From an uncultured Chloroflexia bacterium (GTDB taxonomy: Bacteria > Chloroflexota > Limnocylindria > Limnocylindrales > CSP1-4), in contig CAWHDR010000001.1 in NCBI GenBank assembly GCA_963828165.1, forward strand, positions 288,001 to 352,000: a DNA stretch of 64,000 nt, in the 5' to 3' direction. The notes under the pieces are model-generated. The model was not told the DNA's origin, ran no database searches, and worked only from the letters and a program-made list of their open reading frames with translations. A program made the translations under genes and the position numbers. Within the stretch, counting starts at the first letter, position 1, and every line of letters begins with the position of its first letter. Below are positions 19,112 to 28,926 of the stretch, one piece after another.

Positions 19112-21352
19112 TCAACGATTCGTGTCGGCGGCGAGGTCGCGCACCACCGCGGCCAATGAGCGTCGGAGACGCCCGGGCATGGCTGGCAATCGCCGGTTGG
19201 CGATGAGGCGCCGGCCGACACGGCGAGCAGGGGCCGTACGCGGTCGCCCGCTCATGGCCACCGGAACGCCGACTGGCTCCGGCCCCGGCAGGACGACGGG
19301 CGATGGTCGCGGCGACAGGACTACGGCCGGCGACGGAGACGGCATCGCGCGGATGCGTGGCGCCCGTTCCTGGAACGTGGTCGGGATCGCGGCCCACGGG
19401 CGCGGGGATGCCGCGGCGGCGCGCCACCCATCCGGGTCCGCCGGGCGAAGGCGACCGTCCATGACGGCCTCGAATTCGTTGCCGTCGATCCGCTCCTGCT
19501 CGTAGAGGTACGCCGCCACGTCGCGGAGCCGGGGCATCTCGGCGATGAGGGTCCGACGGGCTCCGGTGTAGGCCTCGTCGAGGATGCTGCCGATCGCTCT
19601 CGCCTGTGCGTCTCGCACGTCGCGGCTGAAGCCTGCGGATTCGCCGACCAGGGTGGTGAGGATGCCCCGACCGGTCGCGCCCTCGTCGGAGGCTTCGGGA
19701 TCGCGACCCATGCCGAAGCGCAGGACCATGGTCGTGGCGATGCTCGTCGCCTTCTCGAAGTCGTTCGATGCGCCGCCGGTGACCTCGTGGAACAGCAACT
19801 CCTCCGCCACCCGGCCGCCCATCAGCGCCACGAGTCGGGCGCGCAGGTCGGTCTCGGACGGGAGGTCGTCGTCCTCGGAGCTCGAGACCGTGACGCCGAG
19901 GGCCTCGCCATGCGCGAACAGGCTGATCTCCTCGACGCGCCGCTTGTCACCGTGGAGGAGGCCGCACACGGCGTGCCCCGCCTCGTGGGCGGCGATGATG
20001 CTGCGCTCGCGGTCGTCCATCGAGCGCTTGCGCGAGGTGCCGAGGGCCGTCTTCAGCCAGCCGTTGTGAACCTGCATCGGACCGATCGCGTCGAGCCCGG
20101 TTCGCGCGGACAGGATGGCCGCTTCGTTGAGGAGGTCGGCGAGCATCGCTCCCGAGAATCCGTAGGTCTTGCGGGCGAGCGCGGGCAGGTCGACATCGGC
20201 GGTCAGCGGCTTGCCCTTCGCATGGACGGCCAGGATCGCCAATCGGCCGTCGCGATCGGGCAGCGGGACGTGGATCTTGCGCGTAAATCGGCCCGGGCGA
20301 AGGGCCGCCGGATCGAGCGTGTCGAGGCGGTTCGTGGCGCCGATCACGACGACGCCGTCGTTGGTCCCGAATCCATCCATCTCGACGAGCAGCTGGTTGA
20401 GGGTCTGCTCGCGCTCCTCGTGGCTGTCGGCGCCGCCCCTCGCCTTGGCCATCGCGTCGATCTCGTCGATGAACACGACGGCTCGGCCCGCCGCCCGGGC
20501 CTTGGCGAACAGCTCCCGAACGCGTCCCGCGCCGACCCCCACGTATTTCTCGACAAATTCTGAGCCCGAGACCGAGAAGAACGGGACGTCGGCTTCCGCG
20601 GCTACGGCCTTGGCGAGCATCGTCTTGCCGGTACCGGGCGGCCCGTAGAGCATCACGCCCCGGATCGCGGTGGCGCCCAGCCGGATGAACCGGCTCGGGT
20701 CGCGCAGGAATTCGATCGTCTCGGTCAGTTCCAGCTTGGCCTCGTCCGCGCCCGCGACGTCCGCGAGCGTGATGCTCGGGCGTTCCGCGACGACGGTCGC
20801 GTCAGTCCGGCGGCGATTGAGGTTGCGCGACGGACGCCATTTCCGAGCTGCCGAACCACGGACGCGCAAGAAGATGAGGATCGCCAGGACGAGCAGCGCG
20901 CCCGACATCGCCAGACCGACGAACGAGGGCATCGCACCGGCGCCATTTCCGGGGTCGAGAGCGATCGCCTCATCGGTCAGGAGTCGCGAGTAGCCAGCGG
21001 CGCGGATCACGTCGAGAGCGTCGCCGACGGGGACTTCCGGTCTGACGACGTGGATCGCACCGCTGGCCGTTCGCGCGATGAGCACGGGTGCAGGCGCACT
21101 CACCGCTGTTCCATTCGCCGGCGTCATGGCACTGATCGCGTCGATGTCGCCGCTGCGCGCCGCCCCGAGCACCTGGTCGAGCGTCCACCGGTCACCGGTC
21201 GTCGTGAACATCGGCGGCGTGCCTGTCACGGGGCCCGCGGCGCCCGCCGACCCGCCGCCGAGCACGCCTGTCAGGACGAGCGCGAGACCCGCGCCAGAGA
21301 GGAGGAAGGCGAGCAGGATCGCGATCACGCGCGGCGTGCGCAGGAAAGTCAA
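19112..21352 (-). CDS. ftsH: FtsH-family AAA+ zinc metalloprotease (probable paralog)
   Basis: GPPGTGKT, FIDEID, ATNRLDTLDPAALRPGRF, HEAGH, GASND; two TMs; start uncertain (TTG 21352). Confidence 0.88.
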   Translation of the reverse strand: MTFLRTPRVIAILLAFLLSGAGLALVLTGVLGGGSAGAAGPVTGTPPMFTTTGDRWTLDQVLGAARSGDIDAISAMTPANGTAVSAPAPVLIARTASGAIHVVRPEVPVGDALDVIRAAGYSRLLTDEAIALDPGNGAGAMPSFVGLAMSGALLVLAILIFLRVRGSAARKWRPSRNLNRRRTDATVVAERPSITLADVAGADEAKLELTETIEFLRDPSRFIRLGATAIRGVMLYGPPGTGKTMLAKAVAAEADVPFFSVSGSEFVEKYVGVGAGRVRELFAKARAAGRAVVFIDEIDAMAKARGGADSHEEREQTLNQLLVEMDGFGTNDGVVVIGATNRLDTLDPAALRPGRFTRKIHVPLPDRDGRLAILAVHAKGKPLTADVDLPALARKTYGFSGAMLADLLNEAAILSARTGLDAIGPMQVHNGWLKTALGTSRKRSMDDRERSIIAAHEAGHAVCGLLHGDKRRVEEISLFAHGEALGVTVSSSEDDDLPSETDLRARLVALMGGRVAEELLFHEVTGGASNDFEKATSIATTMVLRFGMGRDPEASDEGATGRGILTTLVGESAGFSRDVRDAQARAIGSILDEAYTGARRTLIAEMPRLRDVAAYLYEQERIDGNEFEAVMDGRLRPADPDGWRAAAASPRPWAAIPTTFQERAPRIRAMPSPSPAVVLSPRPSPVVLPGPEPVGVPVAMSGRPRTAPARRVGRRLIANRRLPAMPGRLRRSLAAVVRDLAADTNR

Positions 21353-21469
21353 GACAGGGCTCCAGTCGGATCGATCAGTGCTGTACGGGACCGTACCGCT
21401 CCACACCCCGGGCGACCATCCGTTGAAGGTCCCGCTCCCATCTACAGCGAATGGATGATGCAAGCCCGG

Positions 21470-22300
21470 TCAGGAACCTGCTAGCGCCGCGATGACGGCG
21501 TCCGAAAACGGCGGCCACGCGTCAAGCGCCCACGCGCCGTAGTCGCGATCGGTGAGGCAGACGAGCGCCGCATCCAGGGCCGGATCGACCCACAGGAATC
21601 CGCCAGATCCACCGAAATGGCCGAACGTCGCAGGGGAGTTCCGGCTGCCCGTCCAGTGCGGATCCTTGGCGTCGCGGAGCTCGAAGCCGAGGCCCCAGTC
21701 GAGGGGATCGAAGCGCCCGACCCCGGGCAGGAGCCCGATGAGACCCGGAAAGGCAGTGGCGGTAGCTGCTTCGAGGGTCGTGCGGGCCACGAGCGTCGGG
21801 CGCAGGAGCTCACGGGCGAAGGCGGCGAGATCGGAGAGTGGGCCGTGGAGTCCCTCGGAGGCCCGGGTGATGAGCTGCGTGCCGGTCATCGAGAGCGGGC
21901 CCAGGATCCTCCGCCCCAGGGCGTCCTCGAACGGGACGCCGTCGCGTTCGGCGAGCCGGGCGCCGAGGATGTCGAAGCCCTCATTCGAGTAGATCCGACG
22001 GGTTCCGGGCCGGGCGATGACGGTTTCGCCCTCGAATGGAAGGCCCGATGCGTGGGCGAGCAGGTGCCTGACCGTCGCGTCGGGCGGCCCCGCCGATTCG
22101 TCGAGATCGAGGAGGCCCTCCTCGACTGCATCCAGGACGGCGTACGCGGTGACGAGCTTCGTCACCGAGGCCCACCGGAAATCGTGGCGGACATCGCCGT
22201 GGCTCGCGATGAGGCCCTCACGGCCGACGACGGCCGCCGCGGCGTGCTCCGCCGCCCAACCATCGATCGTCCCCAGGGCTACGTCCAGTCGATCATCCAC
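21470..22300 (-). CDS. Serine hydrolase, beta-lactamase-related family
   Basis: ASVTK (SxxK), LLAHASG, YSN, GHFGG. Confidence 0.88.
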   Translation of the reverse strand: MDDRLDVALGTIDGWAAEHAAAAVVGREGLIASHGDVRHDFRWASVTKLVTAYAVLDAVEEGLLDLDESAGPPDATVRHLLAHASGLPFEGETVIARPGTRRIYSNEGFDILGARLAERDGVPFEDALGRRILGPLSMTGTQLITRASEGLHGPLSDLAAFARELLRPTLVARTTLEAATATAFPGLIGLLPGVGRFDPLDWGLGFELRDAKDPHWTGSRNSPATFGHFGGSGGFLWVDPALDAALVCLTDRDYGAWALDAWPPFSDAVIAALAGS

Positions 22301-22466
22301 GGCGGCTGATGCTAGCCGCCGTGGATGCTTGCCGTCTGCGGGGTAAGGAGGCTGGTGCCAGCGCTGGCCACTCGAAGCCTCGCGACGTGTCCTGAGAACC
22401 GTCTGAGCGCGCCGTTCGTGTGGGGCTTGTCACAGGATCGACGCGATTCGCGCCTACACTTCGGGC

Positions 22467-23147
22467 ATGCAGTTCTTCCGCTCCAAGCCGCAAGCGCTCC
22501 CCTCCCCAGCCGAGGCCCTCCCGGGCCGTTCCGAGCCCATCGTCACTCCGGGCATCCACACCGTCCTCGGCACCCCGATCGCCGGCCCCTGGCCGGACGG
22601 CACGAAGACCGCGGTCTTCGGCGCCGGATGCTTCTGGGGCGACGAGAAGGATTTCTGGCAGCTTCCGGGCGTCGTCACGACCGCCGTCGGCTATGCCGGC
22701 GGACACACGCCGAACCCGACGTATCAGGAGGTCTGCTCGGAGCGGACCGGCCACGCCGAGGTGGTGCTGGTCGCGTACGACCCGTCAGCGATCTCGTACG
22801 AGCAGCTGCTCAAGAGCTTCTGGGAGCACCATGACCCGACGCAGGGCATGCGCCAGGGCAACGACGTCGGCAGCAGCTACCGCTCGATCATCATCGTCGC
22901 CGGCGACGAGCAGCGGGCGGTCGCCGAGGCCTCGAAGGCCATGTACCAGGAGCAGCTGTCGACGGCGGGGTACGGCTCGATCACGACGGAGATCGTCGAC
23001 GCCGCCTCGTACCCGTTCTACTACGCCGAGGACTATCACCAGCAGTACCTCGACAAGAACCGAGGCCCAGGAGCCTATTGCCCGGACCACCGGACCGGCG
23101 TGAAGTTCCCTGACGTCGTCGTGACGCCGCTGCAGTACGTGGACTGA
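22467..23147 (+). CDS. msrA: Peptide methionine sulfoxide reductase A
   Basis: [29 protein letters not shown]. Confidence 0.96.
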   Translation: MQFFRSKPQALPSPAEALPGRSEPIVTPGIHTVLGTPIAGPWPDGTKTAVFGAGCFWGDEKDFWQLPGVVTTAVGYAGGHTPNPTYQEVCSERTGHAEVVLVAYDPSAISYEQLLKSFWEHHDPTQGMRQGNDVGSSYRSIIIVAGDEQRAVAEASKAMYQEQLSTAGYGSITTEIVDAASYPFYYAEDYHQQYLDKNRGPGAYCPDHRTGVKFPDVVVTPLQYVD

Positions 23148-23165
23148 GCCGCTCCGCAGCGAGGC

Positions 23166-23465
23166 TTAGGTTTTGGGCCGTTCCTTGGGCGCTTTCAACG
23201 GGATGTTACCCATCTCCGTGAGCGTTGCGACCCGCGCATCGTGGTCAGCCGCTCGCGCCATCCGCTGGAACTCTGCAGTCACAGCGTCGAGCGCAGCGGC
23301 CTGACGCTCGTACAAGTGGTGGTCTGCATCCGTCAACGGCCGTCCCGGCATCGCCCAGGGTCCACGTTCGACCATCCGCGAGTAGTGCTTGTAGTCGGCG
23401 AGCATCTGCGGGAGGTGCTGCAGCCACGTTTTGCTTCTGTCATTTGGTCCGACATCCCTGCTCAT
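23166..23465 (-). CDS. Hypothetical protein (islet)
   Basis: ORF with no recognisable motif; start uncertain (23465 or 23513). Confidence 0.4.
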   Translation of the reverse strand: MSRDVGPNDRSKTWLQHLPQMLADYKHYSRMVERGPWAMPGRPLTDADHHLYERQAAALDAVTAEFQRMARAADHDARVATLTEMGNIPLKAPKERPKT

Positions 23466-23509
23466 GCCTGTGCTTGTTACGTGTCGCCATGCCCGGAAGC
23501 GCACTGAAG

Positions 23510-23908
23510 TCACCCGGGAGCTAGGTCCTGAGTCGTGATGAGCATGATGCTTCTGGGGTCGTCGGCTGGCCCCTTTTGGCAGCCACCTTGAACAACGTCC
23601 CCAGCCCGAAACCGGACCGTGTTGCGCTCGTCGAGAACCTCCAGCTCCGGGGTGAAGCGAGCCGAGTATTGCGGGGGCCAGACGAGGTCAATGCGTCGAC
23701 CATCCGACAGCTCCAACCACGTGATACGCGGGTCGTCCGGGCTGCCAACGAGGGTGGCATCACTCAGGCCAACCCCACGACATGCGCTTGCGAACGCGGT
23801 GAAGGGTAGCGGTAGGGGTGGGGTGGGCGGCGATACGCAGGCAGTCAAACAAAGTCCTAGAAGCACGGCCGGAACCGTGCCCCTAGGACTCCTGAGCAAC
23901 CGGCGCAT
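23510..23908 (-). CDS. Putative lipoprotein (islet)
   Basis: MRRLLR...LLGLCLTAC lipobox followed by a small domain with Cys residues. Confidence 0.6.
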   Translation of the reverse strand: MRRLLRSPRGTVPAVLLGLCLTACVSPPTPPLPLPFTAFASACRGVGLSDATLVGSPDDPRITWLELSDGRRIDLVWPPQYSARFTPELEVLDERNTVRFRAGDVVQGGCQKGPADDPRSIMLITTQDLAPG

Positions 23909-24140
23909 CGTTGAAACCATGATGCGTTGACGGCTACGTCGGGTGCGTAAGTTCGGCCTCCTGACGAAGCTGCAACTCCGGGTCGTATCGCCAGCGCGAG
24001 TCACGCCAGAGTGCCGCTGCTCGCGAGGGACCGAGCGAACAAGCTCGACGATGGTGATGAGCGTCTGCTCGTGCTCCAGTTCGAGGCGTGCCATAAGCGC
24101 AGAATAGGGGTCGCCCCACCAACCGACAGGGAGATAGCAA

Positions 24141-24389
24141 ATGGCCCCGCGCGTAGTCCTGACCATCACGCCCGGGAACGACAAGTCATTCGAGACGAAG
24201 GTCCGGGAGGCAGTCAACGCCGTTGACGGTCCAATCGACTGGAGTGACGAAGCGCAGGCTCGCGCGGTCGAGGGGGAGGTTCGCCGGTCATATCCTGAGG
24301 CTGAGGTGATGGTGACGGACCACCCAATCAACCCGCCCACTTGGAACATATATCGCGACGGCGCCCCGCGACGCCTTCACCTCGATTGA
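24141..24389 (+). CDS. Small hypothetical protein (islet)
   Basis: GGAG RBS; 82 aa with WNIYRDG near the C-terminus. Confidence 0.55.
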   Translation: MAPRVVLTITPGNDKSFETKVREAVNAVDGPIDWSDEAQARAVEGEVRRSYPEAEVMVTDHPINPPTWNIYRDGAPRRLHLD

Positions 24390-24415
24390 GGCGGCAATAC
24401 GCTGACCTAGCTGAG

Positions 24416-24502
24416 AACCCCCGCGGCTACTGCCCGAATCACTCGACCGGCGTGAAGCTGCCGGATGACTTCGTCGTCACGCCGCTGCAGTACGTGGACT
24501 GA
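24416..24502 (+). pseudogene. msrA: Orphan 3' fragment of msrA
   Basis: Translates [28 protein letters not shown]-stop, homologous to the msrA tail. Confidence 0.85.
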
Positions 24503-24589
24503 CCGCCCGCGATCGTCGACACGTATGCTGGAGATGCGACTGATGCCTGTCACCCAGCCGACCCTTCTCCTCGACAAGCGCCGTGGGCT

Positions 24590-25246
24590 GTGATCGACCC
24601 TCTGTCGAGGCCGACGATCCCCGACGGACTCGTCACCGGCGGTGTCGTCGCCATCGCGAGGCGGCTCACGGCTGAGAGTGCGCCACACGTCGCCGATGCC
24701 CTCCTCGCCGGCGGCGTGCTGGCCTTCGAGATCACCCTCAACGAACCGGTCGATGCCGCTCTGCGTGCGATCGGATCGGTCGCCGGGCGTTCACCGGAGC
24801 TTGCCATCGGCGCCGGGACGGTGCTATCGATCGAGGCAGCGCAACAGGCCCTCGATGCCGGCGCCACCTTCCTGGTCATGCCGCACACCGAGCCCGAACT
24901 CGTCGCCTGGGCCGCTGCACGCGGGATCCCGACCTTGCCCGGTGCGGCCACGCCGAGTGAGGTACTGGTGGCGTGGCGCGCTGGAGCCGCCGCCGTCAAG
25001 GTCTTCCCGGCGTCCGTCGTCGGACCCGCGTTCGTGCGCGAGTGCCGTGGGCCGTTCCCGGACATCCCGCTCGTCCCGAGCGGCGGCGTGACCATCGATA
25101 CCGCCGCCGACTTCATCCGGGCGGGCGCCGTGGCCGTGGGCGTCGGCAGCTGGCTGATCGGCGACGCTGCGCCCGAAGGCGTCACGGCACGGGCGCGCCG
25201 GATCGTCGATGCCGTCGCGGCGGGACGAGCCGCCAGCCGTCCCTGA
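24590..25246 (+). CDS. eda: KDPG/KHG aldolase
   Basis: FEITL, IGAGTVL, PGAATPSE, VKVFPA, PSGGV. Confidence 0.9.
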   Translation: MIDPLSRPTIPDGLVTGGVVAIARRLTAESAPHVADALLAGGVLAFEITLNEPVDAALRAIGSVAGRSPELAIGAGTVLSIEAAQQALDAGATFLVMPHTEPELVAWAAARGIPTLPGAATPSEVLVAWRAGAAAVKVFPASVVGPAFVRECRGPFPDIPLVPSGGVTIDTAADFIRAGAVAVGVGSWLIGDAAPEGVTARARRIVDAVAAGRAASRP

Positions 25247-25266
25247 CCGCGAGGTCGACCGCCCGA

Positions 25267-26286
25267 TCAGCCGCCGTTCGAGGCGGAGTCGAGCGTCTTT
25301 GCGTCCCACGATGCGAGTGCCACGCGCAGCTTCGCTCCGACCGCCGGATCGGCGATCGCGCCACCGACCTCGTCCAGGCCGAGCAACGCGGCCCCCGCGA
25401 CGGGCGGCGCCTTCGTTCGCACCAGCCGCGCTCGCCGGGCGATCGCCTGCACGCCGGCCTCGATCCGGAGGCGAAACGCCTCGTCGGCTGTTCGGAAGAC
25501 TCCGCCGCCCAGGACCACCTCGGGATCGGTGCGGGCGAGCCGGAGTCGCCGCATCATCGCGCCGGCCATCGCGACGACCTCATCGGCAAGGCGATCGACG
25601 ATCGCGCGCGCCGCCTCGTCCCCCTCCATCGCCGCTGCGAACACGACCGGGGAGAGCTCGCCGATGCGCCGTTGCGAAACGCGGCCGTGGTACATCGCCA
25701 TCGTCAGGGCCCGTGGCGTGCCAAGCCCGAAATGCCCAGGCACGGTCCGCTCCAGGACCGTTCGAGGCCCACGGCCATCGCGCGCACGAACGGCCGCCGC
25801 GAGTCCCCCCCAGCCGACGTCCGTCGCCCCGCCCCAGTCCCCGGAGATGTTTCCCAGCGCGTCCAGCCGGGCGGTACGGCCGTCGGGCGCGACCCCGGCC
25901 GCATTGACGCCCTGGCCGCAGATCACGACCACGCCCCAGCCCCGGTCCGTGCCGGCGCGCAAGGCCGCGAACGTATCGTTACGAAGCAGGTCGGTCCGCG
26001 CGAAATCGCCTGCTGAGAGTCGCCCGGTCAGCTCGCGGACGTCGGCGGGCGTATCGGCACCGGCAAGACAGTACACGCCGACATCGGCGCGATCCGCGTC
26101 CCGCACGCCGGCGGTGGCATAGGCCTGGGCGACCAGTGCGGACATTCGCTGCATCCCCGCATCCCCACCGACCTGCTGGTGGGACGTGGTCTCGCCCCGG
26201 ACCGCGGCAAGCAGGCGCCCGTCTCCATCGACCAATGCCACGTCGGTCTTCGAGTTCCCGCCATCGACGGCCAGGACCAGCGTCAC
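25267..26286 (-). CDS. BadF/BadG/BcrA/BcrD-family sugar (GlcNAc-type) kinase
   Basis: AVDGGNSKTD, AGAD, NDTFAA, SGDWGG, VLGGG. Confidence 0.88.
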   Translation of the reverse strand: MTLVLAVDGGNSKTDVALVDGDGRLLAAVRGETTSHQQVGGDAGMQRMSALVAQAYATAGVRDADRADVGVYCLAGADTPADVRELTGRLSAGDFARTDLLRNDTFAALRAGTDRGWGVVVICGQGVNAAGVAPDGRTARLDALGNISGDWGGATDVGWGGLAAAVRARDGRGPRTVLERTVPGHFGLGTPRALTMAMYHGRVSQRRIGELSPVVFAAAMEGDEAARAIVDRLADEVVAMAGAMMRRLRLARTDPEVVLGGGVFRTADEAFRLRIEAGVQAIARRARLVRTKAPPVAGAALLGLDEVGGAIADPAVGAKLRVALASWDAKTLDSASNGG

Positions 26287-26879
26287 GGCAAGGCGTCCAG
26301 CCGCACGAACTCGCCGTCCCGCGCGCGTACGTCATCGATGATCGCCGACAGCGCGAGGCTTGTCGCGGTCGTCCATGGATGGAGGAGGATCACGGCGCCG
26401 TCGCCATGGGCCATCGCCGCGCCCACGGCCTCCTGCGCGACGCCACGACCGGTCGCGGCGCTTCGCCAGTCGAGCCCGTCGACGTCCCAGCGGGTCTCGC
26501 GATAGCCGAGTCGGTCCAGGGCGCGGAGGACGCCCGGTTCGTTCGTCCCGGCACCGAACGGACAGCGGAACCACGGCCGCGGGTCCCGTCCGGTCGTTCG
26601 CTGGATCGCCCGCTCCGCGGCCCGGACGTCCGCGGCGATTCCCCTCGGGGTCAGGAGCGACATACGGGCGTGGTAGTGCGAGTGGTTGCCTACGAGGTGT
26701 CCGCCGTCCGCGATCGAGCGAGCGAGGCCCGGATACGCCTCCGCCCACCGTCCCTGCAAGAAGAACGATGCCGTGATCCCCGCCGCGGCCAGCGTATCGA
26801 GGACCTTCTCGGTGCCACCGGGTCGATGGCGCCGGTCCGGGTGCTCCGCGTCGAAGGTAAGCGCCACGCGGACGCTCAC
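26283..26879 (-). CDS. Polysaccharide deacetylase (NodB/CE4)
   Basis: LTFDAE, GNHSHYH, FRCPFG, WDVD, ILLH. Confidence 0.88.
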   Translation of the reverse strand: MSVRVALTFDAEHPDRRHRPGGTEKVLDTLAAAGITASFFLQGRWAEAYPGLARSIADGGHLVGNHSHYHARMSLLTPRGIAADVRAAERAIQRTTGRDPRPWFRCPFGAGTNEPGVLRALDRLGYRETRWDVDGLDWRSAATGRGVAQEAVGAAMAHGDGAVILLHPWTTATSLALSAIIDDVRARDGEFVRLDALP

Positions 26880-27979
26880 TTCTCGACGCCGGTGATGACG
26901 ATGCCGCGGGTGAAGAACCGCTGGGTCAGCAGGAACGCGATCACGGGTATCACGAGGGTCATGAGCGTGCCGGCCTGGATGTACCCGGGTTCGCGGTAGT
27001 AGATGCCGTTAAATCGCTGCAGCCCTAGCGCGACCGTCTGGATCTCGGGCCTGCCGGCCGTGTACAGGAGCGGACCGAAGAAGTCGTTCCAGGAGTAGAC
27101 GAGATGGAACACGGCGACCGCGACGATAACCGGCCAGGCCTGCGGGATGACCACCGAGATCAGCGTCCGGAACGGGCCGGCACCGTCGATCGCCGCCGCC
27201 TCGTCCATCTCGGTCGGGATCGTCAAGAAGTACTGGCGCATCAGGAAGACGTCGTAAGCGTTCGCGAAGAACGCCGGGACCAGGAGGGGCAGCCAGGTCC
27301 CCACCCAACCGATCCGCTGGAACACCGTGTAGGTCGGGATGATCGTCACGGCCGCCGGAAGGAAGATCGTGGCGATCAGCAGGGTGAACAGCAGCCCGCG
27401 GCCGGGGAACCGAAACCGCGCGAAGCCATAGGCGACGAGGGTGCACGACAAGAGCGTGCCAATGGTCGAGACGACGGCGATGAACACGGTGTTGAACAGC
27501 AGGCGTGGATAGTCGATGAGGTCCCACACCGCGGCGAAGTTCTCGAAGTGCGGCGCGAACACCCAGACGGGTTCCAGGGTCCGCCACGATCCCTCCCACA
27601 CGATCGGCGCCGCGTCCGGTGCGGCGGGGTCCACGAATGTGCTCTGCCGGCGCAGCGGTTCGAGCAGCGCGAGCTGGCGGGTGGTCCCGTCCGGCATCGG
27701 GACATTCATGACGGTCAGCTCCTCCCCGCCGTAGGAGAACGTCACGGGATCAGCGGGATACAGGGGGCCGTGCGCCTGGGTGATCTGCTCCAAGCTCTTC
27801 ACCGAATAGGCCACGGAGCGGAGCATCGGGGAGAGGAAGGCCGCCAGGGCCAGGACCGCGATCAGCGTGACCAGGAACGACCTGCTGCTGTCGCCGCGCT
27901 CACGAGGCGGTCGGCTGCCCTCCGCCACGCGTCCGCGCCGCCGCAGGATCCCGCGGCGAGGGATCGAGAGCGCCGTCAT
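26876..27979 (-). CDS. Carbohydrate ABC transporter permease
   Basis: EAA loop DEAAAIDGA, SWNDFFGP. Confidence 0.92.
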   Translation of the reverse strand: MTALSIPRRGILRRRGRVAEGSRPPRERGDSSRSFLVTLIAVLALAAFLSPMLRSVAYSVKSLEQITQAHGPLYPADPVTFSYGGEELTVMNVPMPDGTTRQLALLEPLRRQSTFVDPAAPDAAPIVWEGSWRTLEPVWVFAPHFENFAAVWDLIDYPRLLFNTVFIAVVSTIGTLLSCTLVAYGFARFRFPGRGLLFTLLIATIFLPAAVTIIPTYTVFQRIGWVGTWLPLLVPAFFANAYDVFLMRQYFLTIPTEMDEAAAIDGAGPFRTLISVVIPQAWPVIVAVAVFHLVYSWNDFFGPLLYTAGRPEIQTVALGLQRFNGIYYREPGYIQAGTLMTLVIPVIAFLLTQRFFTRGIVITGVEK

Positions 27980-28923
27980 CGCGCTTCACCCGCGTAGTAG
28001 ACCCAGCGCCGGGCCGTCCCGAACAGGATGAGCGTGATGGCCAGCGTGATCAGGAACAGGAGCCAAGCGAGCGTCGCCCCATACGACATGTTCTGGAAGG
28101 TGAAGAAGTTCTTGTACAGGTACAGGTTGTAGAACATCGTCGAGCCGCCCGGCTCCCCCGTGCCGTCCTGGAGCACCAGCGGGACGAGGAAGTACTGCAT
28201 GACCTCCACGACCGACAAGACGATCGTGTAGAAGATGACCGGGGTCAGCATCGGGATCGTGATGTGGCGCAGCGACGCCAACGCTCCTGCCCCGTCGATC
28301 CGGGCGGCCTCGTACAGATCCGTGGGAATCCCTTTCAGCCCGGCCAAATAGACGATCATCCCGGCCCCGATGCCCCAAACGCCGATCAGGGCGAGGCCCG
28401 GGTAGACCCAGCCGGGATCCTCCAGCCACGGCGGCGGGTTCTCGACACCGACCGCCTGAAGGGCGAGGTTGATCCAGCCGGTGCTCGGGTTGAGCATCCC
28501 GCCCCAGATGAAGACGCCCGCCACGAACGGCACGACGTAGGGCAGGAAGAACAGGACCCGGAAGCCGCTCGAGCCGAACAGGTGCCGGGAATGGAGCAGC
28601 AGCGCCACGAGGAGCGGCAGGATCACCGCCACGGGCAGCGCGAGCGCGGCGAATTTCAGCGTGATGGCGAGCGAATCCCAGACCTGCTGATCCTTGAACA
28701 GCTTCTCGTAGTTCTTCAGGCCGACGAACGTCAGCGGTTCGGCCTGGGCGAGGTTGATGTTGGTGAACGAGAAAACCAGCGTGGCGATCATCGGGATGGC
28801 CGTGAAGGCCAGGAACCCGATCAGCCACGGCGCGATGAAGGCGTAGCCCCAGCGTGCGCGCCGCCAGCCCAGTCCGGAGAAGCGAGGCTGTCGTGGCGGT
28901 CGCGCCACGCTGAGGTTGGCCAT
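27976..28923 (-). CDS. Carbohydrate ABC transporter permease
   Basis: LYEAARIDGA, FVGLKNY. Confidence 0.92.
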   Translation of the reverse strand: MANLSVARPPRQPRFSGLGWRRARWGYAFIAPWLIGFLAFTAIPMIATLVFSFTNINLAQAEPLTFVGLKNYEKLFKDQQVWDSLAITLKFAALALPVAVILPLLVALLLHSRHLFGSSGFRVLFFLPYVVPFVAGVFIWGGMLNPSTGWINLALQAVGVENPPPWLEDPGWVYPGLALIGVWGIGAGMIVYLAGLKGIPTDLYEAARIDGAGALASLRHITIPMLTPVIFYTIVLSVVEVMQYFLVPLVLQDGTGEPGGSTMFYNLYLYKNFFTFQNMSYGATLAWLLFLITLAITLILFGTARRWVYYAGEAR

Positions 28924-28926
28924 GGA

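Larger units (their letters stand above)
23056..24502. mobile_element. Degraded genomic islet integrated in the msrA 3' end
   Basis: Two diverged copies of the msrA 3' end (23056-23147 and 24414-24502) flank visibly AT-richer DNA carrying orphan ORFs; no integrase seen. Confidence 0.7.

Noticed and set aside
23510-24349. Single 279-aa islet protein from the ORF track
   Set aside because: Its N-terminus is antisense to the 24141-24389 ORF, and a lipoprotein signal begins internally at 23908
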